NCBI GenBank assembly: GCA_026196795.1
Contig: JAPHUE010000058.1
Span: forward strand, 7,745 to 71,744
Length of the DNA stretch: 64,000 nucleotides
Reading direction: 5' to 3'
Origin: Sedimenticola sp.
GTDB lineage: Bacteria > Pseudomonadota > Gammaproteobacteria > Chromatiales > Chromatiaceae
In this document: piece after piece, positions 62,948-64,000 of the stretch
How positions within the stretch are numbered: the stretch's first letter is position 1
How the letters are laid out: each line of letters opens with the position of its first letter
The notes under the pieces: model-generated
Databases searched by the model: none
Told to the model about the DNA's origin: nothing
What the model saw: the letters and a program-made list of their open reading frames with translations, nothing else
Made by a program: the position numbers and the translations under genes

Positions 62948-63522
62948 ATTGTGATATTCCTTGGGCGCGCTCTACACTTAAATAGGTACCAGGGACCCTT
63001 GCTTTCAGGATCGACCGGACAACTCCCAGTACATTGGTTCCTATTTAAAATCAGGACTGCTCACATGTTTGAATAGCTAAACGGCTTGTTCAACATGGCA
63101 GCAGCTTTAAGCGCGCCGTTAATTATGTACATCGCCAGCTGTTAGGCTCGATGCGTTCTTTTGTTGTGCCTTTGGCAGAGTACAAAAGTGTACTGATCGA
63201 TCTATCTCACCGTTGTGAGAGATCTGATCGCCGGCATCAACTGAACGTCACTCTTCAATGTATATGACGCTTAGTGAAGGTGTACGTTCTTTATTCAGTT
63301 AGCTCATAGCAGAAACAGATAGCCCTATTAGCTAAATTCACCGCTAACGCGGGATTATAGCTGTCTTCGGCAAGTGCAGCAAATAGGATGATCAGTCAGA
63401 GGGTTACGTAGCACACAGATGGGTGAATTATTCGCCGACAGATCAACGGATATGGTTTAAATAACGGGCATGAAAGTGGTTTTTCTATGGGTCAGGCAGT
63501 CTAAGCTGGTATTATCCTGCGC

Positions 63523-64000
63523 ATGTCAGAACCACAAAGAAACCAAAGCTCGGTCCATATCCTAACTGTTGAAGAAGGGTTCGATGGTCAGCGAATCGAT
63601 AACTTCCTGCTTAACTATCTTAAGGGTGTACCCAAAAGCCTCATCTACCGAATCCTTCGTAAAGGTGAGGTCCGTGTCAACAAGGGGCGAATAAAAGCCC
63701 AGTACCGAATTAAAGTCGGAGACCAGATCCGGGTTCCGCCAGTTCGCGTCCCGGAAAAAGATGCCCCGGCCCGGCTGGATGACCGTTTATTGACCCGTTT
63801 GGCGGGGGGCATTATTTTTGAAGATAAACGCATCATAGTGCTGAATAAACCCTCTGGTTTGGCTGTACACGGTGGTAGTGGGCTCAATTTTGGTGTGATT
63901 GAGGCACTCAGGCAGATGCGTCCGGATGAAAAACAGCTTGAGTTGGTGCATCGTCTGGATAGGGATACATCAGGCTGCCTGCTCATTGCCAAAAAACGCA
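63523..64000 (+). CDS. rluC: 23S rRNA pseudouridine synthase RluC (3' end runs off the window)
   Basis: Translated by hand: [54 protein letters not shown]; divergent from rne. Confidence 0.93.
   Translation, partial: MSEPQRNQSSVHILTVEEGFDGQRIDNFLLNYLKGVPKSLIYRILRKGEVRVNKGRIKAQYRIKVGDQIRVPPVRVPEKDAPARLDDRLLTRLAGGIIFEDKRIIVLNKPSGLAVHGGSGLNFGVIEALRQMRPDEKQLELVHRLDRDTSGCLLIAKKR

Overview
Core-genome window from a gammaproteobacterium. The gene content suggests a marine, probably sulfur-oxidising autotroph of the Chromatiales/Sedimenticolaceae type; this is inference, as no marker RNA is present. In order: a partial response regulator-PP2C phosphatase, an RRM-like protein, K+-dependent pyrophosphatase hppA, a cobalamin riboswitch with bluB facing away from cobU-T-C-S-cbiB-cobD, part of an exosortase-A/PEP-CTERM locus (sugar transferase, prsK-prsR, UDP-HexNAc epimerase and dehydrogenase, two back-to-back ExeA-like ATPases), fadH with regulators, a fused-E1/E2 2-oxoacid dehydrogenase, an iodotyrosine-deiodinase homolog, TauD/PCD/Lrp genes, a SEL1-lytic transglycosylase, pepD, a phosphoribulokinase homolog, aguBA, the lolC/E-lolD-comEC-exbBD-lpxK-ycaR-kdsB-ptpA block, rne and partial rluC. 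I saw no rRNA, tRNA, CRISPR array or transposase. The most notable observations are: (1) a full-length PRK paralog whose catalytic residues are replaced (D42S, E131Q and R168T equivalents), tightly coupled to a small conserved gene that appears to start at ATC; (2) an identical enhancer (TGTCGA-N5-TTTACA) plus a sigma54 promoter in front of two unlinked non-PEP-CTERM genes, suggesting new PrsR-regulon members; (3) two small proteins with Arg-rich DRR/ERR tails that could bind c-di-GMP, one of them fused to an RRM.
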